Source of the DNA: Polyangiales bacterium
GTDB lineage: Bacteria > Myxococcota_A > Polyangia > Polyangiales > JADJQN01
Direction: 5' to 3'
NCBI GenBank assembly: GCA_964202905.1
Contig: CAXNJO010000010.1
Coordinates: forward strand, 64,001 to 128,000
DNA: 64,000 nt
The notes under the pieces are model-generated. The model was not told the origin of the DNA, ran no database searches, and saw only the letters and a program-made list of their open reading frames with translations. Both the position numbers and the translations under genes were made by a program. This document shows, piece after piece, positions 9,385 to 21,045 of this stretch (position 1 is the first letter of the stretch; each line of letters opens with the position of its first letter).

Positions 9385-10602
9385 ATGCCGACGCCCCCCG
9401 CCGAGAGAGGTCGCCGAGCGCGCCCCACCAAGCCGAGCGACGAGCCGCTGCGCGGAGGCCGCTGCGCCATCGTCGGTCGCCCGAACGTCGGCAAGTCGAC
9501 GCTGCTCAACACGCTGCTCGGGCAGAAACTCGCCATCGTCGCGAGCAAGCCGCAGACGACGCGCACGCACATCCTCGGCGTGTACCTCTCGGAAGACCCG
9601 CCGACGCAGCTCGCGCTCCTCGACACGCCGGGGCTGCACCGCCCGAAGAACGCGCTCGGCCGCGCGCTCGTCGAGTCCGCGAAGGGCGCGCTCGACGGCG
9701 CGGACGTCGTGCTGATGTTGGTCGAGGTCCCCGCCCGCTTCGAGTCGGGCACGCCCGCGGCCCCGAGCCCCGCGGACCTCGAGGTGCTCGCCACCGTGAA
9801 GGCCGCCGGCCGCCCGACGGTGTTGGCGATCAACAAGATCGACCGCCTCCCCCGCAAGGAAGCGCTCTTCCCATTGCTGGAGCTCTGGGCGACGCAGCAC
9901 GACTTCGCGGCGCTCGTGCCGATCTCGGCGCGGAGCGGGGACAACCTCGAGGCGCTCGTGAAGGTGCTGCGCCCGCACCTGCCGGAGGGCAGGCTCTACG
10001 AGGACGACGACTTCGTCACCGACCGGCCGGAGCGCTTCTTCGTCGCCGAGCTCGTGCGGGAGCAGGTCATCCAGAAGACCCGGCAGGAGGTCCCGCACTC
10101 GGTGGCGGTGCTCATCGAGGGCTTCTCCGACGAGGGCAGCCTCGTGCGGATCGACGCGACCGTCATCGTCGAGAAGGACTCGCAGAAGAAGATCGTGATC
10201 GGCGCGGGCGGCTCGATGCTGAAGGCGATCGGCACGGGCGCGCGCATCGGGATCGAGCGGATGCTCGGCAAGCAGGTGATGCTGCGGCTCTGGGTGAAGG
10301 TCGTCGCCGGCTGGACGGACGTCGAGTCGCGCGTGCGCGATGTGCTCCGCAGCGACGCCGTCTCGGGCTCGGCGACGCGGGCCGAGAAGACGCGCGGCGA
10401 GAAGCCCCGCGCGAAGAACCCGCCCCCGCGCGGCGAGAAGACCCGCGCGAAGAACCCGCCTCCGCGCGGCGACGAGACGCACCCCGAGAAACCAGCCACG
10501 CGCGGCGAGCCGACGCGCACGAAGACTCCCCCTGCGCGCGGAGACAAGACGCGCCCCGAGAACCCAGCCACGCGCGGCGCACGCGCCGGAAGGCCGTCGT
10601 GA
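9385..10602 (+). CDS. era: GTPase Era
   Basis: GRPNVGKSTLLN, KPQTTR, DTPG, NKID, KH domain (EVPHSVAV, SQKKIVIG, LRLWVKV). Confidence 0.96.
   Translation: MPTPPAERGRRARPTKPSDEPLRGGRCAIVGRPNVGKSTLLNTLLGQKLAIVASKPQTTRTHILGVYLSEDPPTQLALLDTPGLHRPKNALGRALVESAKGALDGADVVLMLVEVPARFESGTPAAPSPADLEVLATVKAAGRPTVLAINKIDRLPRKEALFPLLELWATQHDFAALVPISARSGDNLEALVKVLRPHLPEGRLYEDDDFVTDRPERFFVAELVREQVIQKTRQEVPHSVAVLIEGFSDEGSLVRIDATVIVEKDSQKKIVIGAGGSMLKAIGTGARIGIERMLGKQVMLRLWVKVVAGWTDVESRVRDVLRSDAVSGSATRAEKTRGEKPRAKNPPPRGEKTRAKNPPPRGDETHPEKPATRGEPTRTKTPPARGDKTRPENPATRGARAGRPS
10393..10578 (+). repeat. 36-bp (12-aa) degenerate tandem repeat in the Era C-terminal extension
   Basis: RGEKPRAKNPPP RGEKTRAKNPPP RGDETHPEKPAT RGEPTRTKTPPA RGDKTRPENPAT. 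Confidence 0.85.
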
Positions 10603-12116
10603 CCCGCAAGCGCCATCGTCGTACGGAAGAGCAGGAAGCCGCACTCACGGCGGTCGAGCAGGAGGCTGCGCTCGCCGCGGGCACCGAGCCCACGGAGGCC
10701 CCGGACCCGCGCAGCGTCGCGCGGGCCTCCCGCGGGCAGCGTCGCCGCACGCTCGGGCCGCTGCCGGCGGGCGCGGTGTTCGCGCGGCCCCTCGTCGCGA
10801 TCGTGGGTCGCCCCAACGTCGGCAAGAGCACCCTCTTCAACCGCCTCGCGGGGCGGCGGCTCGCGATCGTCGAGGACACGCCGGGCGTCACGCGCGACCG
10901 GCACTACGCCGACACGCTCATGTACGGACGCGAAATCGTCCTCGTCGACACGGGTGGCTTCGACCCCGAGAGCGACGACCCGATGATGGGCAGCATCGCG
11001 CGGCAGGTGCGGCTCGCGCTCGCCGAGTGCGATCTCGTCGTGTGCGTGCTCGACGCCTCGGTCGAGCCGCAGACCGCGGATCGCGAGGCCGTGCGGCTGC
11101 TCCGCGAGAGCCGCAAGCCCGTGATCTTCGTCGCGAACAAGAGCGACACGCCGCGCCTCGCGCTCGAGGCGAACAGCTACTACCGCCTCGGCGTCGAGAC
11201 GCTCATCCCCGTCTCGGCGCTGCACGGCCACGGCACCGGCGACCTCGAGCAGGCCGTGCTCGACGCGCTGCCGCCCGCCGAGGCGCTCGCCACGCTGCCG
11301 CGCCTCGACGGCGTCGCGCGCGTCGCGATCACGGGCAAGCCCAACGCCGGCAAGTCGTCCCTCGTCAACCGGCTGCTCGGGCAGGAGCGCCAGATCGTCG
11401 ACGACCGCCCCGGCACGACGGTCGACGCCGTCGACGCGCTCCTCGAGCGCGACGGCCGCCGCCTGGTGCTCATCGACACCGCCGGGATCCGCCGCAAGAG
11501 CCACGTCGACGAGAGCGTCGAATCGCTCGCGGTGCTGCAGGCGATCCGCTCGATGGAGCGCAGCGACCTCGTCGTGCTGCTGCTCGACGCGAGCGTCGGC
11601 GTCGCCGAGCAGGACGCGAAGATCATCGGCCTCGCCGAAGACCGCGGCCGCGCGATCGTGATCGCGCTCAACAAGTGCGACCTCCTCGACGACGCCGCGC
11701 AGCGCCAGGCCACGACGCGCGCCCGCGACGTGCTCGCCTTCGTGCCGTGGGCCCCGCTGCTGCGGATCAGCGCGCGCTCGGGGCGCGGCGTGAAGAAATT
11801 CCTCACCGCGATCGAGGCCGCCGTCGAGGCGCACGGCAAGCGCATCACGACCGCGCAGCTGAACCGCTTCTTCGAGGAGGTGCTCGACCGGCACCCGCCC
11901 CCGGTCCATCGCGGCAAGCCCGTGCGGCTCTACTACGTCACGCAGACGCAGGTCTCGCCGCCGACGTTCACGATCATCGCGAACTACCCGGACGCGGTGC
12001 ACTTCTCGTATCAGCGCTACGTCGTGAACCAGATCCGCGCGGCGTTCGGCTTCGAGGGCACCCCGGTGCGCGTGTTCTACAAGCCGCGGCGTCGGCGCGA
12101 GGGCAGCCAGGGCTGA
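10599..12116 (+). CDS. der: Ribosome biogenesis GTPase Der (EngA)
   Basis: Two G domains (GRPNVGKSTLFNRL, PGVTRDR, DTGG; GKPNAGKSSLVN, DTAGIRR) and KH-like end (YQRYVVNQIR..FGFEGTPV). GTGA overlap with era. Confidence 0.96.
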   Translation: MTRKRHRRTEEQEAALTAVEQEAALAAGTEPTEAPDPRSVARASRGQRRRTLGPLPAGAVFARPLVAIVGRPNVGKSTLFNRLAGRRLAIVEDTPGVTRDRHYADTLMYGREIVLVDTGGFDPESDDPMMGSIARQVRLALAECDLVVCVLDASVEPQTADREAVRLLRESRKPVIFVANKSDTPRLALEANSYYRLGVETLIPVSALHGHGTGDLEQAVLDALPPAEALATLPRLDGVARVAITGKPNAGKSSLVNRLLGQERQIVDDRPGTTVDAVDALLERDGRRLVLIDTAGIRRKSHVDESVESLAVLQAIRSMERSDLVVLLLDASVGVAEQDAKIIGLAEDRGRAIVIALNKCDLLDDAAQRQATTRARDVLAFVPWAPLLRISARSGRGVKKFLTAIEAAVEAHGKRITTAQLNRFFEEVLDRHPPPVHRGKPVRLYYVTQTQVSPPTFTIIANYPDAVHFSYQRYVVNQIRAAFGFEGTPVRVFYKPRRRREGSQG

Positions 12117-12174
12117 ACCGTCATTCAGCGCGCGGCGCACACGGCGCGGCGCGTGTCCGGGGCGGTCGCGCCGA

Positions 12175-13026
12175 TCAGAGCGTCTGGCCGCTTGCCCCGG
12201 TGGGCGGCGCGGGCGGGAGTACAAACGGTGCCGGCGCGGGCGGCGCGAAGGGAGCGGGCACGGCCGCAGGCGGCGACACGGCCGGCGGGCGCGCGGGCGC
12301 TTGCGCGAGCAGCCGGTCGATCGCCCCGCGGTCGAAGCCGAGCAGGAGCCGGCCACGCACGTCGATCACGGGGATGCCCGTCGGGCGGAGACCCTGCGCG
12401 GCCGCCTTCTGCATCATCTCCTGCTGCGCGCCCGGGTCGCGCTCGACGTCCTTCTCGACGAAGGGGACGCCGCGCGAGCGCAGGTACGCCTCGGCCTGAC
12501 GGCACGCGCCGCACCACGAGGCGCCGTAGACGACGACGTCGGCGCTCGCGTCCCCCGTCTGCGCGGCCGTGGCCGCTGCGGCGCCGCGGGCGTCCGCGAG
12601 CAGCGCTTCGAAGGACGCGCGGGCCACGCGACGCACCACGTAGCTGCCGTCCGCGCCGGGCGCCCGCAGGTCCGCGAGGTAGACCCACGCAGGGTCGAGG
12701 CGCGCCTCGGGCGCGACCGCGAGCGATTCGACGCGCACGTACTGACGATGCGCGTCGGGCACGTCGGCGCGGCGCGGCGCGGGGTGCGGGCCCTCCTCAT
12801 CGAACCAGACGAGCAGCAAGCCCTCGAGATCGCCGCGCACCGCGAAGGGCGGACGCACGACCGCGGCCTCGGACACCGCGGCCGCGGGGGCGTCGGCGCC
12901 CGGCACGTCGCCGCCCTCCGTGGATGCCCCGCCGCCGCACGCGGGCGAGGCGGCGAGGGACGCGGCGACGAGCAGCCGGACGACGGCAGGGAACCAGCGA
13001 GCGACGAGGCGGCGACTGCAGAGCAC
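12175..13026 (-). CDS. Glutaredoxin (NrdH-like) domain lipoprotein
   Basis: VVVYGASWCGAC...VPFVEKDVERD...GIPVIDVRG. Signal-like segment ending SPAC. Start is approximate. Confidence 0.8.
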   Translation of the reverse strand: MLCSRRLVARWFPAVVRLLVAASLAASPACGGGASTEGGDVPGADAPAAAVSEAAVVRPPFAVRGDLEGLLLVWFDEEGPHPAPRRADVPDAHRQYVRVESLAVAPEARLDPAWVYLADLRAPGADGSYVVRRVARASFEALLADARGAAAATAAQTGDASADVVVYGASWCGACRQAEAYLRSRGVPFVEKDVERDPGAQQEMMQKAAAQGLRPTGIPVIDVRGRLLLGFDRGAIDRLLAQAPARPPAVSPPAAVPAPFAPPAPAPFVLPPAPPTGASGQTL

Positions 13027-13057
13027 GGGCGACCTCCGGGCCGGCAGGATGGCCCCG

Positions 13058-13528
13058 CTACGGCGCGTGCGCACGCCCGCCGAAGCGCAGCGCGAGGCTG
13101 CGCTGGCCGTCCTGACAGGCCGGGAAGAGCGCGCGCGAGCGGGCGATCGCCTGATCCGAACGGGCGATGGCGCCCGCGATGCGCTCCGCGGCGTCCGGGG
13201 CGAGCTGCGCGCCGCTCGCCGTCGCCCGCTCGAGCGCGGCGCGGGCCCCCTCCTGCTCCTGCTCGGCCGTGAGCAGCGCGTCGTGCGCGCGGACGCAGGC
13301 GTCGCGGACACGCACGACCTCCGGCGCCGCGAGCCCCAGCCGCCCGACGGAGTCGAGCGCGCGCCGCCGCAGCGCGACGGGGCCGTCGTCCTCGACCCGC
13401 GCGAGCCGATCGAGCAGCAGCTGCGCCTCGTTGCGCTCGGCGTCCTCGCAGCCCGCGCCGAGCACCGCCGCGAGACCGAGCGCGACGGCGAGCAGGCGGA
13501 GCGGGAGCGCGGGCGGGCGGGCGGGCAT
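13058..13528 (-). CDS. Hypothetical helical lipoprotein
   Basis: Lipobox GAGC after a hydrophobic stretch; two further Cys. Confidence 0.65.
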   Translation of the reverse strand: MPARPPALPLRLLAVALGLAAVLGAGCEDAERNEAQLLLDRLARVEDDGPVALRRRALDSVGRLGLAAPEVVRVRDACVRAHDALLTAEQEQEGARAALERATASGAQLAPDAAERIAGAIARSDQAIARSRALFPACQDGQRSLALRFGGRAHAP

Positions 13529-13572
13529 GGGGCGCGCAGATTACCGTGCCGCGCGTGCTACGCCAGAACCCG

Positions 13573-14766
13573 ATGCGAGCGCCCGCTTCCCAGGAGCTGC
13601 ACCGCGTGTACCTCGTGCCCGGGATGTTCGGCTTCGGGCGACTCGCAGGCTACGAGTACTTCGGCCACCTCGAGGTCGCGCTCGCCGCGCGCTTCGCGGA
13701 GCTCGGCGTGCCCCTCTCGCTCGAGGTGATCCAGCCGCCGCCGACCGCCTCCATCCGGCGGCGCGCGGACGTCGTCGCCGAGGCGATCGCGCGGAGCGCG
13801 GGCGGCACGGAGGGCGGCCCGATCCACCTGATCGGTCACTCCACGGGCGGGCTCGACGCGCGGCTCGTGCTCTCCCCCTCCGTGCGGCTCGACGTCCCGG
13901 CCGATGCGCTCCTCTGGCGGACCCGCGCCCGCACCGTGCTCACGATCGACACGCCCCACCACGGCACGCCGCTCGCGGCGTTCTTCACGACGGTGTCGGG
14001 GACGCGGCTGCTCACGCTGCTCTCGCTGCTCACGGTCACGACGCTCGGCGTGGGCGCGCCGGGGCTCTCCGCGCTCTCGTCGCTCGTCGCGGCCATCGGC
14101 TCGGTGGACGAAGCGCTCGGCATCGACATCCGCCTCCTCGACCGCGCGACGGATCTCGTGCTCCGCTTCATCGGCGACCGCGGCCGCGACGAGGTCGCAC
14201 GCTGGCTCGACGGAATCCGCCACGACCAGGGCGGCCTCGTGCAGATCACCCCCGAGGCGATGGACCTCTTCAACGCGGTCGCCGCCGATGCGCCGGGCGT
14301 CTTCTACGGCTGCACCGCCGCGGCCTCGCCGCCGCCCGCGCCGGGCCGGCTCGTGCGGCAGGCGCGCTCGCCGTTCGGCGCGTTCACCGCGACCGCGTAC
14401 GCCACGATCTACGGCGTCACGAGCCGCGTCGTCCCGCGCTACGCATACCCGCCCCCGAGCGAGGCCGCAGCCGCGGTGTTGCGCGCGGCGTTCGGCACGG
14501 ACATCGACGACACGTGGTGCGACGGCGTCGTGCCGACACGCTCGATGCTCTGGGGCGAGCTGCTCTGGGCCGGCAAGGGCGACCACCTCGACGTCGTCGG
14601 ACACTTCCGCGACGACGAGACCCCGCCACGTCACGTCGACTGGCTCACGAGCGGCGCGAGCTTCGGGCGCTACCGCTTCCGCGGGCTCGTCGACGCGCTG
14701 ACGGACGCGCTGCTCGGCGACGTCGCGCCCGCGCGGACGAGCGCCGGCGCGCAGCCGGCGGCCTGA
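13573..14766 (+). CDS. Alpha/beta-hydrolase (lipase/esterase)
   Basis: VYLVPGMFGF, nucleophile GHSTGG, TPHHGTP, DGVVP, DHLDVVGH. Confidence 0.88.
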   Translation: MRAPASQELHRVYLVPGMFGFGRLAGYEYFGHLEVALAARFAELGVPLSLEVIQPPPTASIRRRADVVAEAIARSAGGTEGGPIHLIGHSTGGLDARLVLSPSVRLDVPADALLWRTRARTVLTIDTPHHGTPLAAFFTTVSGTRLLTLLSLLTVTTLGVGAPGLSALSSLVAAIGSVDEALGIDIRLLDRATDLVLRFIGDRGRDEVARWLDGIRHDQGGLVQITPEAMDLFNAVAADAPGVFYGCTAAASPPPAPGRLVRQARSPFGAFTATAYATIYGVTSRVVPRYAYPPPSEAAAAVLRAAFGTDIDDTWCDGVVPTRSMLWGELLWAGKGDHLDVVGHFRDDETPPRHVDWLTSGASFGRYRFRGLVDALTDALLGDVAPARTSAGAQPAA

Positions 14767-14778
14767 GGCGCGCCGACG

Positions 14779-16751
<1,973 letters not shown>

Positions 16752-16831
16752 GGCGCGCGACGCGCATCCGGGCGTGACGCGGAAGGGGCGCGTTCGCTGC
16801 GGCGCCCACCGCGCGGACGGCGGACGCTCGC

Positions 16832-17533
16832 TCAGCGCGCCGCGACGGCGAAGCGCGGCTCCTGCATACGGGCGCGGAGCCGACCGAGCGTGCGCCGCGC
16901 CGCGGCCACGTTCTGGCCGGTCATCACGCTCGACGGGAACGGCAGATCCGGCTCGACGAGGAACTCGAACGAGACGAGCGTGCGCGCGCCACCGTCGACG
17001 GCCGTGAGCTCCCAGAGCGCGGCCATCCGCTCGACGTTCCCCGTCACCATCGTGGCCTCGACGCGCCAGGTGGTCGTGCCGTCCGCGTTCGTCACCGGCG
17101 CGCGCGGACGCAGGCGCATCTGCGCCCAGAGCGTGGTCGTGTTGTGCAGCACGCCCGCCTCGAGGTAGACGACCGCTTGCGCGCCGCGCTGCGACAGCAC
17201 GCGGGATGCCTGGAAATTGGGCAGGAACTCCGCGTACCGCGCGTAGTCCTGCACGACGCGCAACACGAGCTCGGCGGGCGCGTCGACGAGCCCCGTCGCG
17301 CGGCCGGAGCGCACGCGCGTCCCCGGGGCCGATACCTCGCGCAGCTCGACGCGGTGGTCGGCGAGCCGCGCGGCGGTCGCGCTCGGGAGCTCGGCGGGCG
17401 CGGCCTGCGCAGCCACGACGGCCGGCAGCACGTGCACGAGCCCGGCGAGCGCGAGCCCGGCGAGGGCGACGCGCAGCGAACGGGCGAATCGCGGAACGGA
17501 GACGGCGGGGGGAGCGGACCGCGGGCGGGTCAT
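16832..17533 (-). CDS. Secreted SRPBCC (polyketide cyclase/START-like) protein
   Basis: VDAPAELVLRVVQDYARYAEFLP, WELTAVDGGARTLVSFE. Signal peptide ending AAQA. Confidence 0.8.
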   Translation of the reverse strand: MTRPRSAPPAVSVPRFARSLRVALAGLALAGLVHVLPAVVAAQAAPAELPSATAARLADHRVELREVSAPGTRVRSGRATGLVDAPAELVLRVVQDYARYAEFLPNFQASRVLSQRGAQAVVYLEAGVLHNTTTLWAQMRLRPRAPVTNADGTTTWRVEATMVTGNVERMAALWELTAVDGGARTLVSFEFLVEPDLPFPSSVMTGQNVAAARRTLGRLRARMQEPRFAVAAR

Positions 17534-17707
17534 GCGCACCTCGGGGGGAAGGTCGACGCGTCGGGACACACTGTGGCCCGGCGCACCGATCGACGCACGC
17601 ACGCACCCGGGGATTCACCGGGAGGCTCGCACCGCACGCACCGCGCGGGCACGCGCCCGCAAGTTGACACCCCGACCCCGCGGGGTGAGGGTCCGCGCGA
17701 GGTCCCC

Positions 17708-18979
17708 GTGAAGCCCCGTCCGTTTCTCGTCGTCGTCACCGCCTCCGCCCTCGCGGGGCTCTTCTTCTCGGCGTTTTCCACCTACGACTTCGCGCAGCAC
17801 CTCGACCGGCAGGTCCACGGGCTGCACTGCTCGTTCATCCCCGGCCTCGCCTCGACCGAGGCCGCCGGCACGGGCTGTCACGTCACGCTGATGAGCCCGT
17901 ACTCGTCGGTGCTCCGCACGCAGCTCTGGGGCGGTCTGCCGATCTCGCTCCCGGCGATGGGCGTCTTCGCCTTCCTCGCGTTCTGGGCGGGCTACCTGCT
18001 GATCACGCGACGCGAGACGGATCGCCGCGCGACGCTCTTCCTCTTCGCCGCGAACACGCTGCCGCTCCTCGCGACGCTCGTGATGGGCGGCATCGCGCTC
18101 TTCACGCTCGGCGCGGCGTGCAAGCTCTGCATCGGCATCTACGTCGCGAGCGTCGTCGGGTTCGTGGCGGCGCTCGTCGCGTGGCGCCGGGCGAGCCGCG
18201 GCCCGGCGCTCGGCGCGCGTGTGCCCGACGCGACGGGCGCGGCGGACACCCTCCCCGCGGGCGCCTACGACCCGGCCCGCGATCGCGGCGCCGACCCGCT
18301 CTCCCCGGGGGCGCTCAGCGCGGCCGCGGGACTCGGCATCGCCTTCGTGCTCGTGCCTGCCGGCGTGTATGCGTCGACGCTCCCCGACTACGCGCGCTAC
18401 GCGGGCACCTGCGGCACGCTCGCGCAGCCCGCGGATCCGGGCGGTCTGATGGTGTCCCTCGGCGCACCGCCGGGCGGCCGCGCGGCGATCGAAGTGCTCG
18501 ATCCCCTCTGCCCCTCGTGCTCGGCGTTCGAAGCGCGGCTCTCGGCGTCGGGCCTCGACGAGGCGCTCGCGCGCAAGGTGTTGCTGTTTCCACTCGACAG
18601 CACCTGCAACTGGATGGTGGATGAGCCGGTGCACCCCGGCGCGTGCACCGTCAGCGAGGCGGTGTTGTGCGCAGGCGACGCCGCGCCCGAGGTGCTCGCC
18701 TGGGCCTTCGCCGAAGGCGAGCGGATCCGCGAGGCGGCGAAGCGCGATCCGGAGGCCGCCGCGCGCCTCGTGCGCGAGCGCTTCCCGCGGGTCGCCGCGT
18801 GCCTCGGCACGCCCGCGGTGCGCGCGCGCCTGAACCGCTCGCTGCGCTGGGCCGTCGCGAACCGCCTGCCGGTGCTGACGCCGCAGCTCTACGTCGAGGG
18901 CCAGAAGCTCTGCGACGAGGACACCGATCTCGGCATGGATTACGCCCTCACCCAGCTTCTCGCCCGGAGCGGACGATGA
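17708..18979 (+). CDS. Vitamin K epoxide reductase (VKOR) fused to a DsbA-like thioredoxin domain
   Basis: Loop Cys pair (HCS...GCHVTLMSPYS), WGGLPIS, TM CKLC motif. Then DPLCPSC, FPLDSTCN...HPGAC, TPQLYVEG. Confidence 0.9.
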   Translation: MKPRPFLVVVTASALAGLFFSAFSTYDFAQHLDRQVHGLHCSFIPGLASTEAAGTGCHVTLMSPYSSVLRTQLWGGLPISLPAMGVFAFLAFWAGYLLITRRETDRRATLFLFAANTLPLLATLVMGGIALFTLGAACKLCIGIYVASVVGFVAALVAWRRASRGPALGARVPDATGAADTLPAGAYDPARDRGADPLSPGALSAAAGLGIAFVLVPAGVYASTLPDYARYAGTCGTLAQPADPGGLMVSLGAPPGGRAAIEVLDPLCPSCSAFEARLSASGLDEALARKVLLFPLDSTCNWMVDEPVHPGACTVSEAVLCAGDAAPEVLAWAFAEGERIREAAKRDPEAAARLVRERFPRVAACLGTPAVRARLNRSLRWAVANRLPVLTPQLYVEGQKLCDEDTDLGMDYALTQLLARSGR

Positions 18980-19698
18980 CCCCCGCGCGCACGATCGCCG
19001 CCGCCCTCGTCGGGCTGGTGCTGCTCATGACCCCGACCGTGCTCGTCGCCAGCTGGGTGCACTCGGCCAAGCGCCGCCTCGCGCAGGCCGAGACCGCCAC
19101 GGCCGACGGGTCCGCCGGCGCCGAGGGCGAAGTCGCCATCGCGGCGGCCGCGGACGTCGGTTACTGCAACGGTGACCTCAAGCGCGTGCTGCGGCGCGTG
19201 TTGCAGAGCTGCGGCCTGATCGGCGACGGCGGCGGCGTGCGCGGCTGTCAGCCCGTGCAGGCGCGCAGCGTCGCGACGATGAGCGGCGACGACTTCAACG
19301 CGCTCTTCACGCCGCTCGCCGAGCGCGCGGGCATCATCGAGTTCGACTTCGACCGCGCGGAGCTCGACGCCGGCGACATCGCGCTCGTCAACCGCCTCTT
19401 CGCCGACCAGCGCGGCGCGAGCTACTTCTTCGTCGTCGCGCGCGCCTCGCCCGAGGGCAACGACGCGCACAACCGCGACCTCTCGAAGCAGCGCGCCGAG
19501 GCCGTGATGAACTACCTCCGCACGACGTTCCACGACCCGGACCTCGACAAGGAGGTCGGGCTGCTCTGGCTCGGCGAGGAGTACGCGCAGCTCGACGCGC
19601 AGTTCTGCGCCTGGCAGCGCAGCGGCAACGCGGGCGAGTGCGACGCGCGCACCCTCAACCGCAGCGCGTTCATCGCGTGGATCGATTGTCGGCTGTGA
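18976..19698 (+). CDS. Membrane-anchored Cys-rich OmpA/MotB-like domain protein
   Basis: IEFDFDRAEL, ASPEG...HNRDLSKQRAEAVMNYL, terminal NRSA. N-terminal TM and six Cys. ATGA overlap. Confidence 0.75.
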   Translation: MTPARTIAAALVGLVLLMTPTVLVASWVHSAKRRLAQAETATADGSAGAEGEVAIAAAADVGYCNGDLKRVLRRVLQSCGLIGDGGGVRGCQPVQARSVATMSGDDFNALFTPLAERAGIIEFDFDRAELDAGDIALVNRLFADQRGASYFFVVARASPEGNDAHNRDLSKQRAEAVMNYLRTTFHDPDLDKEVGLLWLGEEYAQLDAQFCAWQRSGNAGECDARTLNRSAFIAWIDCRL

Positions 19699-20333
19699 CG
19701 GCTCGCGCGGACACCGTGCCCGCCGCAGGCCGCGGGGCGCGCGCGCGTTGGGGAGCCCTCGCGCTCTGCGCTGCGCTCGCGGGCTGCGGGGACGACGCGA
19801 CGGGCCCCGCCGCGGCCCCGCTCCGCCGCGTCGACGCGGTGCGTGCCCGCGGGCCCCGCGGCTCGATCGACGACTTCTGCGACGTGCACGCCGACGCCGC
19901 ATCGGCGCCCGCCTTCACGTGGCCCGCGCTCGCCGATGGCGCCTCGCCCCCGGCCCGCGCGCCCGGGCGCTGGCAGTGGTTGAACCTCTGGGCGACGTGG
20001 TGCCGCCCCTGCGTGAGCGAGATGCCGCGCGTGTTCGAGTGGCAGGAGCGGCTCACGCGCGCGGGGACTCCGGTCGACGTGCAGCTGCTCTCGGTCGACG
20101 CCTCGGGCGACGAGGTCGCGCAGTACGCCGGCCTGCACCCCGAGGTGCGCGGCAGCGTGCGCATGGCCGAACCGGGCGCGGTCGCCGACTACCTCGCGGC
20201 GCTCGGCCTCGACGGCGGCGCGAGCATCCCCGTGCACGTCTTCGTCGACCCGGCCGGCCGCGTGCGCTGCGTGCGCGCCGGCGCGATTTCCGACGACGAC
20301 TTCGACGACGTCGCGCTCGTCGTCTCGCAGTAG
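19695..20333 (+). CDS. TlpA-family thiol:disulfide oxidoreductase lipoprotein
   Basis: Lipobox LAGC, LNLWATWCRPCVSEMP, IPVHVFVDPAGRV. GTGA overlap. Confidence 0.9.
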   Translation: MTARADTVPAAGRGARARWGALALCAALAGCGDDATGPAAAPLRRVDAVRARGPRGSIDDFCDVHADAASAPAFTWPALADGASPPARAPGRWQWLNLWATWCRPCVSEMPRVFEWQERLTRAGTPVDVQLLSVDASGDEVAQYAGLHPEVRGSVRMAEPGAVADYLAALGLDGGASIPVHVFVDPAGRVRCVRAGAISDDDFDDVALVVSQ

Positions 20334-20345
20334 TCCAAGCGCGCG

Positions 20346-20825
20346 TCAGCGCCGCTTCGTCGCGCCCTTCGCTGCCCCTGCGCCGCCGCGCCGTGGCTTC
20401 GACGGCGACGTGCTCGCTGCCGCGTCCGCGGTGTGGTCGCCGCCGACCGACGCGATCGGCCGACGTGCCGCGAGGCCCGGCGCCGCGAGGTCGCGCACGA
20501 TGAGGTCGACCGCCCCGCGCTGCGCCGCATCGAGCCGCGCGAAGTCGCGGAGAAGCGCATCCTCGGCCGCGACGCGCGAGGCCGCGTCGACGCCGTAGAG
20601 CGCGTCCGTCGTCGTGCCGAGCGTCCGCGCGAGCCGCAGCAGCGTGAGGTGGCTCGGGAAGAGCACGCCGCGCTCGTAGCGGCTCAGCATCTCGGCCCCG
20701 ACGCCCACCTGCTCGGCGACCCACTCCTGCGACCAGCCGCGCGCCTCGCGCCCGTCGCGGATCCGCCGGCCGAGCACGCGCCGCAGCGCGTCCGCCTCGG
20801 CCTTGTCGTTCGTTTTGTAGGGCAT
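20346..20825 (-). CDS. XRE-family HTH transcriptional regulator
   Basis: LGRRIRDGREARGWSQEWVAEQVGVGAEMLSRYERG..FPS...L..LA..LG. Confidence 0.9.
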   Translation of the reverse strand: MPYKTNDKAEADALRRVLGRRIRDGREARGWSQEWVAEQVGVGAEMLSRYERGVLFPSHLTLLRLARTLGTTTDALYGVDAASRVAAEDALLRDFARLDAAQRGAVDLIVRDLAAPGLAARRPIASVGGDHTADAAASTSPSKPRRGGAGAAKGATKRR

Positions 20826-20878
20826 CGCGCGACGAGAGAGCGCGCAGCAGACCGCCGCACCCCACGCCGCGAAAGTGA

Positions 20879-20913
20879 GCAATGCGTTGACTTTTATAGA
20901 CGCATTGCGTTGA
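20879..20913. promoter_or_regulatory. Palindromic operator-like site in an AT-rich divergent promoter region
   Basis: GCAATGCGT-N12-ACGCATTGC perfect 9-bp inverted repeat containing TTGACT. TGCGTTGA also occurs twice. Confidence 0.6.
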
Positions 20914-21045
20914 ATCCCCTCCTGCATGGCGGTGTCGGGCGGTTCCCGGCAGCGCCGACGACGCGGGTTCACACCCCGTTTGCACGAGCGCCACCTGAAA
21001 CACCGCGGCTCTCCCACGTTCAACCGCTCGACGAGGAACTTCGCA

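Noticed and set aside
8292..10598. 1274-aa ORF as a giant Der fusion
   Set aside because: The upstream part overlaps lgt, a membrane gene and era in other frames; Der starts at GTG 10599.
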